Shown here piece by piece: positions 10,892-21,699 of a stretch of DNA of 64,000 nt (the first letter of the stretch is position 1; the number at the start of each line of letters is the position of its first letter). Under the pieces are notes generated by a model. That model saw nothing but the letters and a program-made list of their open reading frames with translations. It was not told the origin of the DNA and did no database searches. Position numbers and translations under genes: made by a program. This DNA comes from Tubulanus polymorphus (Eukaryota; Animalia; Nemertea). Location of the stretch: contig NC_134034.1 of the NCBI RefSeq assembly GCF_964204645.1, forward strand, positions 4,748,914-4,812,913, in the 5' to 3' direction.

Positions 10892-13173
10892 CCCTACGCA
10901 TACCACCACCAGTTCTACTGTTGCAAAAATTACAACCTTTGAAAACTTACATCCTAGGGGAATGCCAAAAACAATTTGATTTTAAAAAATCACCTCAGAC
11001 CCTGTTGACCTACTTTTTACATTTGTTGCACCGGTGAATCATTGGTATGTACTGGTAACTATGGTTGAATAATTTACCCACTAAAAATTATCTTCGCTTG
11101 TTTTTTTCAATTAAAATGAGTCAAAAAATCATATCTAATAGAATCTACAGTAATGGAAATTTATTTCTGATGGAATGCCACAAAGCAATTCCTAGTGTTT
11201 ACAAGGCATAAAGCCACTTGGCATTTTGTGCACTTAATGTTCGTATACTTTGTACAATGTCTGCATCTTAGTCGCTTTTCATCATACACTGGCCAATGAG
11301 CTATGTTATCATATCGTACGTCATTCACTGGTATTGGAACTGCACGCTTCCTTTTTGCAGGTGGCGACTTCAAAGTTGCGAGTGATGGCCGTCCAACACG
11401 GGCGATTTTACCAGCTTTTATGAGGGCTGCAGCAACATCAGCTTGAAACACTTTCAGTGGAATAGTCTTTTTCACATTTAGTAGCTTGCAGTCTCTCGGA
11501 TAGAGTAGCCATGAATTGACCATAGCCATTGTAAGGGTGTGGTAATATATGTAAAGATACCACCGTTTGCTTCGAATAAGCTTTTTATACAATGTACATA
11601 ACATATCAAGCAAGTCCACTCCGCCCATGTTTTCATTATAGACTTGGACAATGGCTGGACGTTTCACATCAATTTTGGTTTTTGTCGACTTGTCGTAATG
11701 ATTCACAGTGTCTGTAGGTTCGACACCTACATATGTTGAGAGCAGTGTGACACATTTATTGTCCATCCACCTCACAAGCCCAAGCTGTCGGTCTTTGTCA
11801 TAAACTGAACTAAATGAACCGCGGGGAAGCTTCGCCATTTGCTTGTCAGTTTTTAATGGAGCTTTATGTGTTCTGTTTGCCTGGATGGTTTCTAGAAACT
11901 GTCCAATACGCCGCTCTCTGACTTGAACAGCAACTTCAAAATTTGTAAAATAATTATCGCTAAATATCTTGTACTGTTGACCTAGGGGTAGACCCGCGCA
12001 CAACTGCAGGACTACACTGCCCCCTAAACTACAGCCAGGAGCTAGTTCATTATCAATGCCAGTGCCTTTTCCTTGGTAGACTTCAAAATCCTGACATATA
12101 CCAGAGACACCACAGCGGCCCCACAGTTTAAATCCCCACTTTTTCGGTTTTTTCTGCATGTATTGTCGCAGAAGGTTATGGCCCTTAAATGCAACCATAA
12201 TTTCATCAGTGCTTTGATATTCTTCGCTAGAAATATCTCGAAAGTTAGAGCGTAACGCTTTTATCCACGGTCTAAATTTCCAAACACGATCATCATTCTT
12301 TTCATCGTCGGTTATTTTATTGTTGTCGACAAAATGCAACCTCGATGCAATCTTTGTAAATCGATTTCGCCCCATTTCATCAGAAATATTGGGATACTTG
12401 GTCCCACCTTCCCAATAGGATGTCACTGCTGGCATTTTCACCAATCCCATGTAGAAATAGATACCGATGTATGTCTCCAGTTCATGGACTGTTATTTTCA
12501 TAGACTGTCCATCTTTCTCAACCGAGTATTTGTTGGTTTCTGAAACAATGTTTTGTAGCATTTCATCAGTAACTAAGGATTTGAAATGTTCATAGGGAGT
12601 CATCTCTATATCTGGTGGCGGAGTTATCGGAACTGGTTTGAACGCAGTATCTATAGGAGGCACAAATGGTCTGCGTTCTTCAAAATTAAAATGTTCTTTT
12701 TGTTTACCGGCAGTCATATTTTGGCGAATATTAGAACTTGACGCATTTGAAGAAAATGATTCATCGTCAGAAGAACTCCATGTTTCATCGTCATCATCAG
12801 ATTCTACAGAAACAGCGTCATTATCATCTGGCCAGCCATCATCTTCATCATTCTCTTCATCTGACGGGCCTTCAAATTCACTGTCTGAGGCCAGTACAGC
12901 TTCTAAGATATCATTCACCTGTAGTCTTTTCTTTCTCTCCATCTGTAAAAAAAATTGCATAGTAGTCGCTGCAAAATTTGACAAGACTTGTGGGCGCGAC
13001 TTGTGTGTCACTGACACTCGACACACCATTGATGCACTGTGTGGATCAGTTAAATAATCCAAGTTATTAAAAAGTGACTTTTGCTTATATATAACTCTTA
13101 AGTCATTCTATATATTCTATAGTAGTTATATTTTTATTATAACTTGGTTTCAGTGGCTTACTTACCTTTATGT
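10892..13173 (-). mobile_element. piggyBac transposon copy 1 (downstream end intact, upstream end cut by the duplication junction)
   Basis: TTAA (10888-10891) followed by CCCTACGCATACC. The uninterrupted host sequence with an empty TTAA is visible at 17053-17056. Confidence 0.9.
11161..12942 (-). CDS. piggyBac transposase (PGBD2/3-like), intact, ~593 aa from MERKKRLQ
   Basis: Acidic N-terminus; catalytic STDEIM, FSDNYFT and MGGVDLLD; KPKKWGFK; C-terminal Cys-rich domain CRHC...CTKCQVALC...CF. The ATG at 12942 directly follows a ttttttttacag acceptor. Confidence 0.92.
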   Translation of the reverse strand: MERKKRLQVNDILEAVLASDSEFEGPSDEENDEDDGWPDDNDAVSVESDDDDETWSSSDDESFSSNASSSNIRQNMTAGKQKEHFNFEERRPFVPPIDTAFKPVPITPPPDIEMTPYEHFKSLVTDEMLQNIVSETNKYSVEKDGQSMKITVHELETYIGIYFYMGLVKMPAVTSYWEGGTKYPNISDEMGRNRFTKIASRLHFVDNNKITDDEKNDDRVWKFRPWIKALRSNFRDISSEEYQSTDEIMVAFKGHNLLRQYMQKKPKKWGFKLWGRCGVSGICQDFEVYQGKGTGIDNELAPGCSLGGSVVLQLCAGLPLGQQYKIFSDNYFTNFEVAVQVRERRIGQFLETIQANRTHKAPLKTDKQMAKLPRGSFSSVYDKDRQLGLVRWMDNKCVTLLSTYVGVEPTDTVNHYDKSTKTKIDVKRPAIVQVYNENMGGVDLLDMLCTLYKKLIRSKRWYLYIYYHTLTMAMVNSWLLYPRDCKLLNVKKTIPLKVFQADVAAALIKAGKIARVGRPSLATLKSPPAKRKRAVPIPVNDVRYDNIAHWPVYDEKRLRCRHCTKYTNIKCTKCQVALCLVNTRNCFVAFHQK

Positions 13174-13253
13174 GAGCCATTGTAAGGGTGTGGTAATATA
13201 TGTAAAGATACCACCGTTTGCTTCGAATAAGCTTTTTATACAATGTACATAAC

Positions 13254-16200
13254 ATCCAGCGGGCTATTGCGTTCACTTTTCGACCGTCCATCCTTAGACG
13301 GAATCCAGTTATTTTGTGAGTTTTGAAGAGGCTTCAATGTAATGTCTTGATATTTGGGTTACACATGTATCTACCCTAGACACATCTTCAGCCCAAAAAC
13401 TGGCCCTGTCAGAATCGAGATGGCCGACTGGCATTTATTGTTGTTCGCCAAAATCAGCACTTACACGTTTTTGAACTTTTTGAGGGAAATTTTGACGCTT
13501 TGATCAATTACCTTGATCTTACGTATATAATTTAATCCCCCCAGGGCCCATCTGCATAACAAAGATTGGGTCAATCAGACTCAAGATGGCGGTCCAGGAA
13601 ATGGGTATCAGGAAAATTGCCCCCCAAATTAAATCTTTTTAATCTTAAAGTAACACAGATGTTTACTTCAAATTAATTAGACGAAGTGAACTTATTCTAG
13701 CTAATTACTCTAGGACTGCTTTAAAGTTTTTGATTGGCTAAAGTAACACTGAAACTAATTCCAATAAATCAGCCAATGTTAACTAATGCACTTATAAGTG
13801 GACTTATTAAGTTTTCCAAAATTTGGTAAGTGAATTATAATTACACAAGGACTGATTTAAAGTTTTTGATCTGCACACAACATCAGTAATTCTATATCTT
13901 ATAAATATATTCAATAATATATAAATGAATTTCTAAGTAAAGTAGGACTATTTGGATGGTGTTATTCCAAATCAAAAAGGATTTTATTCGGGGGGGGGGG
14001 GGGGGGGGCAATTGTCCTAGGGGCAGTTGTCCAGGGGGTAATTGTCCTAGAATCCGTCCTATGACCAATTTTGTGCCTAAAAATGTCAATTTTGGCCTGA
14101 ATTCTGAGTCCTGTTACTTCCTAATGGTTTGCCAGAACTATTTTCTATCTCTTGTTTGCCATGTTCTCGTGACATAACTACGAAGTGGTTATTGATTTTT
14201 TGTATACCGCACTCATTACATTTCCTCTGTAAACAATCTGTTCGTGGCCTATCATCGTATGGGCAGAGACTCCAGTCAGATGCATAATTCTCTGAGAAAA
14301 CAATCAAATCTGATCAACACACCCTGATGCAAAAATTTGACACAGCCGGAAGCAACAGCTTTGTATTACTGCAAATTTCACAGCAGCAAACGATATGTTC
14401 AGACATCTCCAGTGAGCGGACATTTTTGGGTCTGAGCTTAACCCTACGCATACCACCACCAGTTCTACTGTTGCAAAAATTACAACCTTTGAAAACTTAC
14501 ATCCTAGGGGAATGCCAAAAACAATTTAATTTTAAAAAATCACCTCAGACCCTGTTGACCTACTTTTTACATTTGTTGCACCGGTGAATCATTGGTATGT
14601 ACTGGTAACTATGGTTGAATAATTTACCCACTAAAAATTATCTTCGCTTGTTTTTTTCAATTAAAATGAGTCAAAAAATCATATCTAATAGAATCTACAG
14701 TAATGGAAATTTATTTCTGATGGAATGCCACAAAGCAATTCCTAGTGTTTACAAGGCATAAAGCCACTTGGCATTTTGTGCACTTAATGTTCGTATACTT
14801 TGTACAATGTCTGCATCTTAGTCGCTTTTCATCACACACTGGCCAATGAGCTATGTTATCATATCGTACGTCATTCACTGGTATTGGAACTGCACGCTTC
14901 CTTTTTGCAGGTGGCGACTTCAAAGTTGCGAGTGATGGCCGTCCAACACGGGCGATTTTACCAGCTTTTATGAGGGCTGCAGCAACATCAGCTTGAAACA
15001 CTTTCAGTGGAATAGTCTTTTTCACATTTAGTAGCTTGCAGTCTCTCGGATAGAGTAGCCATGAATTGACCATAGCCATTGTAAGGGTGTGGTAATATAT
15101 GTAAAGATACCACCGTTTGCTTCGAATAAGCTTTTTATACAATGTACATAACATATCAAGCAAGTCCACTCCGCCCATGTTTTCATTATAGACTTGGACA
15201 ATGGCTGGACGTTTCACATCAATTTTGGTTTTTGTCGACTTGTCGTAATGATTCACAGTGTCTGTAGGTTCGACACCTACATATGTTGAGAGCAGTGTGA
15301 CACATTTATTGTCCATCCACCTCACAAGCCCAAGCTGTCGGTCTTTGTCATAAACTGAACTAAATGAACCGCGGGGAAGCTTCGCCATTTGCTTGTCAGT
15401 TTTTAATGGAGCTTTATGTGTTCTGTTTGCCTGGATGGTTTCTAGAAACTGTCCAATACGCCGCTCTCTGACTTGAACAGCAACTTCAAAATTTGTAAAA
15501 TAATTATCGCTAAATATCTTGTACTGTTGACCTAGGGGTAGACCCGCGCACAACTGCAGGACTACACTGCCCCCTAAACTACAGCCAGGAGCTAGTTCAT
15601 TATCAATGCCAGTGCCTTTTCCTTGGTAGACTTCAAAATCCTGACATATACCAGAGACACCACAGCGGCCCCACAGTTTAAATCCCCACTTTTTCGGTTT
15701 TTTCTGCATGTATTGTCGCAGAAGGTTATGGCCCTTAAATGCAACCATAATTTCATCAGTGCTTTGATATTCTTCGCTAGAAATATCTCGAAAGTTAGAG
15801 CGTAACGCTTTTATCCACGGTCTAAATTTCCAAACACGATCATCATTCTTTTCATCGTCGGTTATTTTATTGTTGTCGACAAAATGCAACCTCGATGCAA
15901 TCTTTGTAAATCGATTTCGCCCCATTTCATCAGAAATATTGGGATACTTGGTCCCACCTTCCCAATAGGATGTCACTGCTGGCATTTTCACCAATCCCAT
16001 GTAGAAATAGATACCGATGTATGTCTCCAGTTCATGGACTGTTATTTTCATAGACTGTCCATCTTTCTCAACCGAGTATTTGTTGGTTTCTGAAACAATG
16101 TTTTGTAGCATTTCATCAGTAACTAAGGATTTGAAATGTTCATAGGGAGTCATCTCTATATCTGGTGGCGGAGTTATCGGAACTGGTTTGAACGCAGTAT

Positions 16201-16723
16201 CTATAGGAGGCACAAATGGTCTGCGTTCTTCAAAATTAAAATGTTCTTTTTGTTTACCGGCAGTCATATTTTGGCGAATATTAGAACTTGACGCATTTGA
16301 AGAAAATGATTCATCGTCAGAAGAACTCCATGTTTCATCGTCATCATCAGATTCTACAGAAACAGCGTCATTATCATCTGGCCAGCCATCATCTTCATCA
16401 TTCTCTTCATCTGACGGGCCTTCAAATTCACTGTCTGAGGCCAGTACAGCTTCTAAGATATCATTCACCTGTAGTCTTTTCTTTCTCTCCATCTGTAAAA
16501 AAAATTGCATAGTAGTCGCTGCAAAATTTGACAAGACTTGTGGGCGCGACTTGTGTGTCACTGACACTCGACACACCATTGATGCACTGTGTGGATCAGT
16601 TAAATAATCCAAGTTATTAAAAAGTGACTTTTGCTTATATATAACTCTTAAGTCATTCTATATATTCTATAGTAGTTATATTTTTATTATAACTTGGTTT
16701 CAGTGGCTTACTTACCTTTATGT
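13254..16723 (+). repeat. Tandem segmental duplication, copy 2
   Basis: Starts atccagcgggctattgcg as at 9707 and ends cttacctttatgt as at 13173. Confidence 0.95.
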
Positions 16724-16890
16724 AGGTATATTGGGGTCTGATTGAACAGCAATTTTCACGAAACAAAAGCTTCCATGGAGGCTGCCATCTTTGTTCGGTC
16801 AGAACTGAACAGTGTCGTATGGTCCTGCCATCTGTGCACAGCTAGAGGAACTACAAGTGATTCTCAGATGAATCGACGGTATGAAGAGGA
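14442..16890 (-). mobile_element. piggyBac transposon copy 2 (upstream end degenerate near 16878-16890)
   Basis: TTAA+CCCTACGCATACC at 14438-14454. ggtatgaagagga at ~16878-16890 partly matches the TIR but is not followed by TTAA. Confidence 0.8.
14711..16492 (-). CDS. piggyBac transposase, intact, one amino-acid difference from copy 1 (PVYD/PVCD)
   Basis: ORF 14711-16612 with the same DDD and Cys-rich motifs. Confidence 0.92.
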   Translation of the reverse strand: MERKKRLQVNDILEAVLASDSEFEGPSDEENDEDDGWPDDNDAVSVESDDDDETWSSSDDESFSSNASSSNIRQNMTAGKQKEHFNFEERRPFVPPIDTAFKPVPITPPPDIEMTPYEHFKSLVTDEMLQNIVSETNKYSVEKDGQSMKITVHELETYIGIYFYMGLVKMPAVTSYWEGGTKYPNISDEMGRNRFTKIASRLHFVDNNKITDDEKNDDRVWKFRPWIKALRSNFRDISSEEYQSTDEIMVAFKGHNLLRQYMQKKPKKWGFKLWGRCGVSGICQDFEVYQGKGTGIDNELAPGCSLGGSVVLQLCAGLPLGQQYKIFSDNYFTNFEVAVQVRERRIGQFLETIQANRTHKAPLKTDKQMAKLPRGSFSSVYDKDRQLGLVRWMDNKCVTLLSTYVGVEPTDTVNHYDKSTKTKIDVKRPAIVQVYNENMGGVDLLDMLCTLYKKLIRSKRWYLYIYYHTLTMAMVNSWLLYPRDCKLLNVKKTIPLKVFQADVAAALIKAGKIARVGRPSLATLKSPPAKRKRAVPIPVNDVRYDNIAHWPVCDEKRLRCRHCTKYTNIKCTKCQVALCLVNTRNCFVAFHQK

Positions 16891-17363
16891 TGTTTTAGTT
16901 ACTCTCATGTGACCTATGAACCCCCAAATTTAGTGATGTACGCACAAAAATTTGACACAGCCGGAAGCAACAGCTTTGTATTACTGCAAATTTCACAGCA
17001 GCAAACGATATGTTCAGACATCTCCAGTGAGCGGACATTTTTGGGTCTGAGCTTAATGAAGCTCTCATATGATATTTTCATCTCGGGATATGCTTTCCTA
17101 ATTTTCCTATATAAGGACAAATATGTATATACAATAAATATGTAAACCAGAAATATTGAGCGCTTCTTTATTACTCTCTTTTTGAGAGGGAGTTCCCTAT
17201 GATGTATTTGAAGGCGGTCTAGCAGACAAGATGGGCAAGTTACCAGTATTGGAGCTCCGTATTTGATCGAATCAGTAATTTAAAAGCAGTGAGTATATAT
17301 TCCGTTTTTACGCGGTTTCGTTTCAGAAAAGCTAATATTCCAATTCTCTTATTTGCCTTAATT

Positions 17364-19331
17364 CAGGGTTCGTCGCGGGCAGTGAAAGCGGTGAATAGCA
17401 GCAACTTGAAAAAAGTCTATTCACGGCTGTTAATAGCAGTGAATTTTTTAAAAAGGCAGTGGAAATGGGAAAGGGGGCAGTGAATTCGGAAATGTGTTCA
17501 ATTTTGTCTGAGATTGGCAATTTTAAAATGTCACGAGAAATTTCGTTGAGTTCAAAGAAAAAAAAAAAATATACCGACGATGTCATGCCGACGGCAATTC
17601 AATTTCATTTTATTCATTGGTGTTGTGACCATCGACGTGCCAGCCAATTCAATTCAATTTTATTCACGAGTTTTCATTTTTAGCCCACTTGGGACTTTAG
17701 TCCCAGCAGGCTATTGCGTTCACTTTTCGTCCGTCGTCCGTCCGTCCGTCCGTCCATAGACGGAATCCAGTTATTTTGGGAAGTTTTTAAGACGCTTCAA
17801 GGTAATGTCTTGATATTTGGGTTACACATGTATCTACCCTAGACACATCTTCAGCCCAAAAACTGGCCCTTTCAGATTCAAGATGGCCGACTGGCAGCCA
17901 TTGTTGTTCGCCAAAATCAGCACTTTTTACACATTTTTGAACTTTTTTAGGGAAATTTTGAAGACGCTTTGATCAATGACCTTGATCTTCTGGATGTATG
18001 TGAATCCCCCCAGGGCCCATCAGCATAACAAAAATTGGGTCGATCGGACTCAAGATGGCCGTCCTATGACCTTTTAAGTGCCCAAAAATGTTAATTTTGG
18101 CCCAAATTCCGAGTCCTGTAGCTTCCTACTGGTATATCATTTCTCATTGCAATTTGTGATGGGTATTCTTTGGAAAGGGATGTTTTATACCTGAGACAGG
18201 TATTTTTCATCAGCCAATTATGACGCAATTGGCGGCCATCTTGGTGTCAGCAGTACTCATTCGTAAGTGGGAAAAAGTTTTTCCACATTATATTGATACC
18301 TAAGCGTATTTTGTTACCACAATCATTTAGAAAGTTGTATGATTCTATGATTGTGGTCAGTTTCAAGGTCATTGGTTTTTGTATATGGCCACCAGGGGCG
18401 TTGAATAATGCAATATCTTAGTATTTCTATATTATATTCGTATCAATGCATATTTTGTAACCACAATCAATCGCAAAGTTGTAGCTCATGACATTATCTA
18501 TGATTGTGGCAAGTTTTAAGGCCATTAGTTATTCTATATGGTCACCAGGGGGCGTTGAATAGTAGAATCACTTAGTATTTCCATATTAAAGTGGTAACGA
18601 GGCATATTTTGTTACCATGATCAATTGCAAAGTTGTAGTTCATGACATGTTCTATGATTGTGGTGAGTTTCGAGGTCATTGGGTTTTTAATATGGTCACC
18701 AGGGGGCGTTGAATAGTAGAATGACTTAGTATTTCCATATTAAATTGGTAACGAGGCATATTTTGTTATCACAATCAATTACAAAATCGTAGCTGCTGAC
18801 ATGTTCTATGATTGTGGTGAGTTTCAAGGTCATTGGATTCTGTATATGGTCACCAGGGGGCATTGAATATTGAAATTGTTAGATTGTTGAGCATTTGGAA
18901 CCACTTCCCAAGTGGGCATGGTGTCCCTGGACCCCTAGTTATGGTTGCCATGGCTACCAGGTCCAGGCACCTGTTTCACAAAATTGCAAATGGCGGTGGT
19001 TTGCGTTCAGATTTTTTATAATTCTCTGGCCCGTTACACTAGAAAAATGGGAAAACGTACATCGCAAGATTCGTGGCTTCATCATCCGGAGTACCGTAGC
19101 TGGATTGAACGTGTTCCGAATTGTATTCATAAGTTTAGATGTAGAATTTGCATGAAATCGAACGAACTTGGAGCCGGTGGAAGTATTATGCGAATATACC
19201 TAGTTGGTGCTTTTTGGTTTTTCAACGGGTGTTTGATTGTTTTGGCTCTATCCGTAGTCTTTTGGTAACATGTCTTTACTAGGTAGCCAAATAGCAGTGA
19301 ATTTTTGTCAGCAGTGACACAATGAACCCTG
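17364..19331 (+). mobile_element. Non-autonomous hAT element with CAGGGTTC TIRs and 6-bp TSD (TTAATT)
   Basis: CAGGGTTC at 17364, GAACCCTG ending at 19331, TTAATT on both flanks, GCAGTGA subterminal repeats. Remnant N-terminus MGKRTSQDSWLHHPEYRSWIERV...FRCRICMKSNELGAGG at ~19047-19190. Confidence 0.88.
17677..18940 (+). mobile_element. HINE (Helentron-associated, DINE-1/pearl-like non-autonomous element), complete
   Basis: T-rich start, subTIR GCCCACTTGGGA with adjacent 5' hairpin, (CCGT)n microsatellite, four ~154-bp internal tandem units, inverted subTIR TCCCAAGTGGGC, 3' hairpin GGTGTCCCTGGACCC, TT end. Confidence 0.88.
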
Positions 19332-21699
19332 TTAATTAGTCTTTCTGTTATTTCCAGATTCCAGCGTAGTTTAGACGAAAAAATAACCCTGAGGAATTAG
19401 GTAGAATTTAAGCGGTATCTGTTGGCCGTGGACGGTGTGCTCAGTGTATAGGTCTGTATTTATCAGACGACTGAAGTGTATACTAACACATTTTAGTGGT
19501 TTACTTTAAATCTCCACATGTCGCTCCATTGAGTTAGTTTGTCTATCGATTTTTGATTGAGATTTTCAATTGTTTTAGTTTTCACGTTGTGTGTGTTCCA
19601 TAGACTCATATCGTCTGCGAACAATGACTATTGACTATAGTGACTAGTTTTAATTGTATCCGAGGGAAAATCGTTTATATAGATGATAAAAAGTGTCGGC
19701 GAGAAAATCCCTCCTTGGTGACTCCAGCGTTTATTTGCCGTGGCTGGCTAATAATACATCCTTCATTTGCGACTCTGAAGGTTCGGCCTTGTAAGTAATT
19801 TTTCAACAAAAGTTTAAAGTTGTTTGGAATAGATAGATGATTTTGTAGATAATTCCGTCGTGCCAAAGTTTATCGAACACTTTCTCTAGGTCGAAAAATG
19901 TTGCACGCGTGCATTGTCGAAGTTTTAGGCCTTAAGCGATATCATGAGACATTTTTAGTATTTGATCTACGGTCGAATGTCCTTTTTGAAAACCAGCTTG
20001 TATTTCCGTGAAAAAATTTGTATTTTCTAAATAAGCAGTTAGTTTATTAGTCATGAATTTTTCGAAAATTTTTCCAATCGAGTTGGTTAGACTGATAGGG
20101 CGCATATTTTGGCAAAGTGTAGCACCTTTACCAGCTTTTGGAATCATAGTAATTTTCGCGGACTTCCAGAATGTAATATAATAGCCATTTCTCTGGCAAT
20201 AGTTAAAGATATGACATAGGTGAGTTAAAAATATCGGAGGACAATTCTTTATAATCCCATGCGTGATTTAATTTTTTTCCGGGTGCTTTATTAAGTTTCA
20301 ACTGTTTGATGTAGTGCTTAATATCTATTTCGGTAATTGTTTCGTTCAATATATGTCCCATGTCTTCTTCAGTGTTTTCTAATACGAAGTTTCTATTGGA
20401 TTCTTCTACGAAACGTTTGTGTTGATCGCTGAAGTTTGGATCCGAAGGCGTTTGAAAAACGTCGAATAAAAAATCGGCATATAGTTCAACTATATCTTTA
20501 TCGTTACTCGCGGTTCGATCATTATAAGCTAAGTTCGAAATACCTGCTTTATAAACGTTACCCTTAATGTTTTTGAAACCTTGCCAGAATTTACTCGAGT
20601 TCGGATTCGATGTATTTAAGGCTATGTCATCTAATAGTTTTTTAGTCTTACTATTTTTGTGGTCTCGCATAAGTTTTCTAATTTCAAGAGTTAATCTATT
20701 ATATTGCGACTTTAAATAAGGGTGACAGGTTTAAACGTATTCTCGTTTTAAATAGCGTCGCCGTTTAATTATTAGTTCTATATTACGAGGTAAATGGTCA
20801 ACTCGTTTGGATCTGTTATTATTTTTCATGCTATTCTGTCTCTTAATTTCGTTAATTATTTCTAATTCTATGTTGCTGTTAATAGTTTCCACCTGTTCAT
20901 TGGTAATTAAATTCGTTGTATCAATCATCGAGAGCTTGTCAGATGCGTTCTTGTGGAATTTTGACCAGTCGGTATATAGCTCGCGATCGATGACTTTCGG
21001 ACGTGTGGAAATATTAATTAAGATGGGTCGATGATCACTATTGATGCTATCACAAGCATTAAAATAGTTTAATTTGGGGAATATATGCGGACTACAAAGC
21101 GCTCTATCAAAAATATCAGTGTTTCCTCTCTGACGGTAATCATAATAGGTATGGTCTTTAGTATTTAGCGAGATAAGACCGTGAGTATTAATAATGTTGG
21201 TTAGATTAATCCCGGCTGCGTTAGTCGTACAGTTGCCGAGTATCGCGTGTTTAGCGTTTAGATCACCCAAAATGAAAAAGTTAGGATTTCGATCGTTCGA
21301 TAACATCTACAAATTGTGGTTCGAGAATTTTCGCAGTAGGGCAATAGACCCCTATGACATTGAAAGTGATGTTATCGTTATTTTTCACGGATAAGGCTAT
21401 ATATTCAGTTGAATCGCTGTTAAATTCAATGTAAGTTGTTCGATAAACAGGTCACGGTTGTACAGGGCCATTAAACCCCCTCCGGATTTTCCTGTCCTCA
21501 GTTTATGAATGTTCTTATAATTATTGAGATTAAAATTTATCGTTTTACATTTGGTTTCGGCTACAAAAAGAATATCAACATTCTTCATAATTCGGTTATT
21601 TCTGGCAATTTGCGTTTCACACCGTTTATGTTTAAATAACATATATTCAGAGTAGACTTAGCCATGGGAAAAAGTTGAATAATTGTTTAAAAGAAAGTT

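Larger units (their letters stand above)
9707..13173 (+). repeat. Tandem segmental duplication, copy 1 (3.47 kb)
   Basis: Near-identical to 13254-16723. The differences I found are the G-run length, 10978/14528 g/a and 11285/14835 t/c. Confidence 0.95.
17190..21665 (-). pseudogene. LINE (Jockey/I-group-like) ORF2: APE endonuclease + RT, decayed, interrupted by hAT 17364-19331
   Basis: MAKSTLNICYLNING, FVAETK, GGGL, LGDLNAKH, SDHRPI, KAPG, IPKAGK..RPISLTNSIGKIFEK, QAGFQKGHST, LFADDM (~19610). The thumb continues KANKRIGILAFLKR...YGAPIL..LDRLQ left of 17357. Confidence 0.9.

Noticed and set aside
12638-13057. Ser-rich and His-rich plus-strand ORFs (also 16188-16607)
   Set aside because: They are antisense shadows of the acidic piggyBac N-terminus.
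12943-13062. N-terminal 40-aa extension of the piggyBac ORF (MDYLTDPH...), also at 16493-16612
   Set aside because: It begins at a non-ATG codon and lies within the predicted 5'-UTR intron. The ATG at 12942 follows a splice acceptor.
13103-13291. 62-aa ORF containing piggyBac peptide LCTLYKKLIRSKRWY
   Set aside because: It is a by-product of the templated junction insertion, not a gene.
18300-18900. Regularly spaced GGTCACCAGGGGGCG motifs as a possible CRISPR array
   Set aside because: The intervening sequences are homologous to each other (tandem units, not unique spacers), the context is eukaryotic and there are no cas genes.
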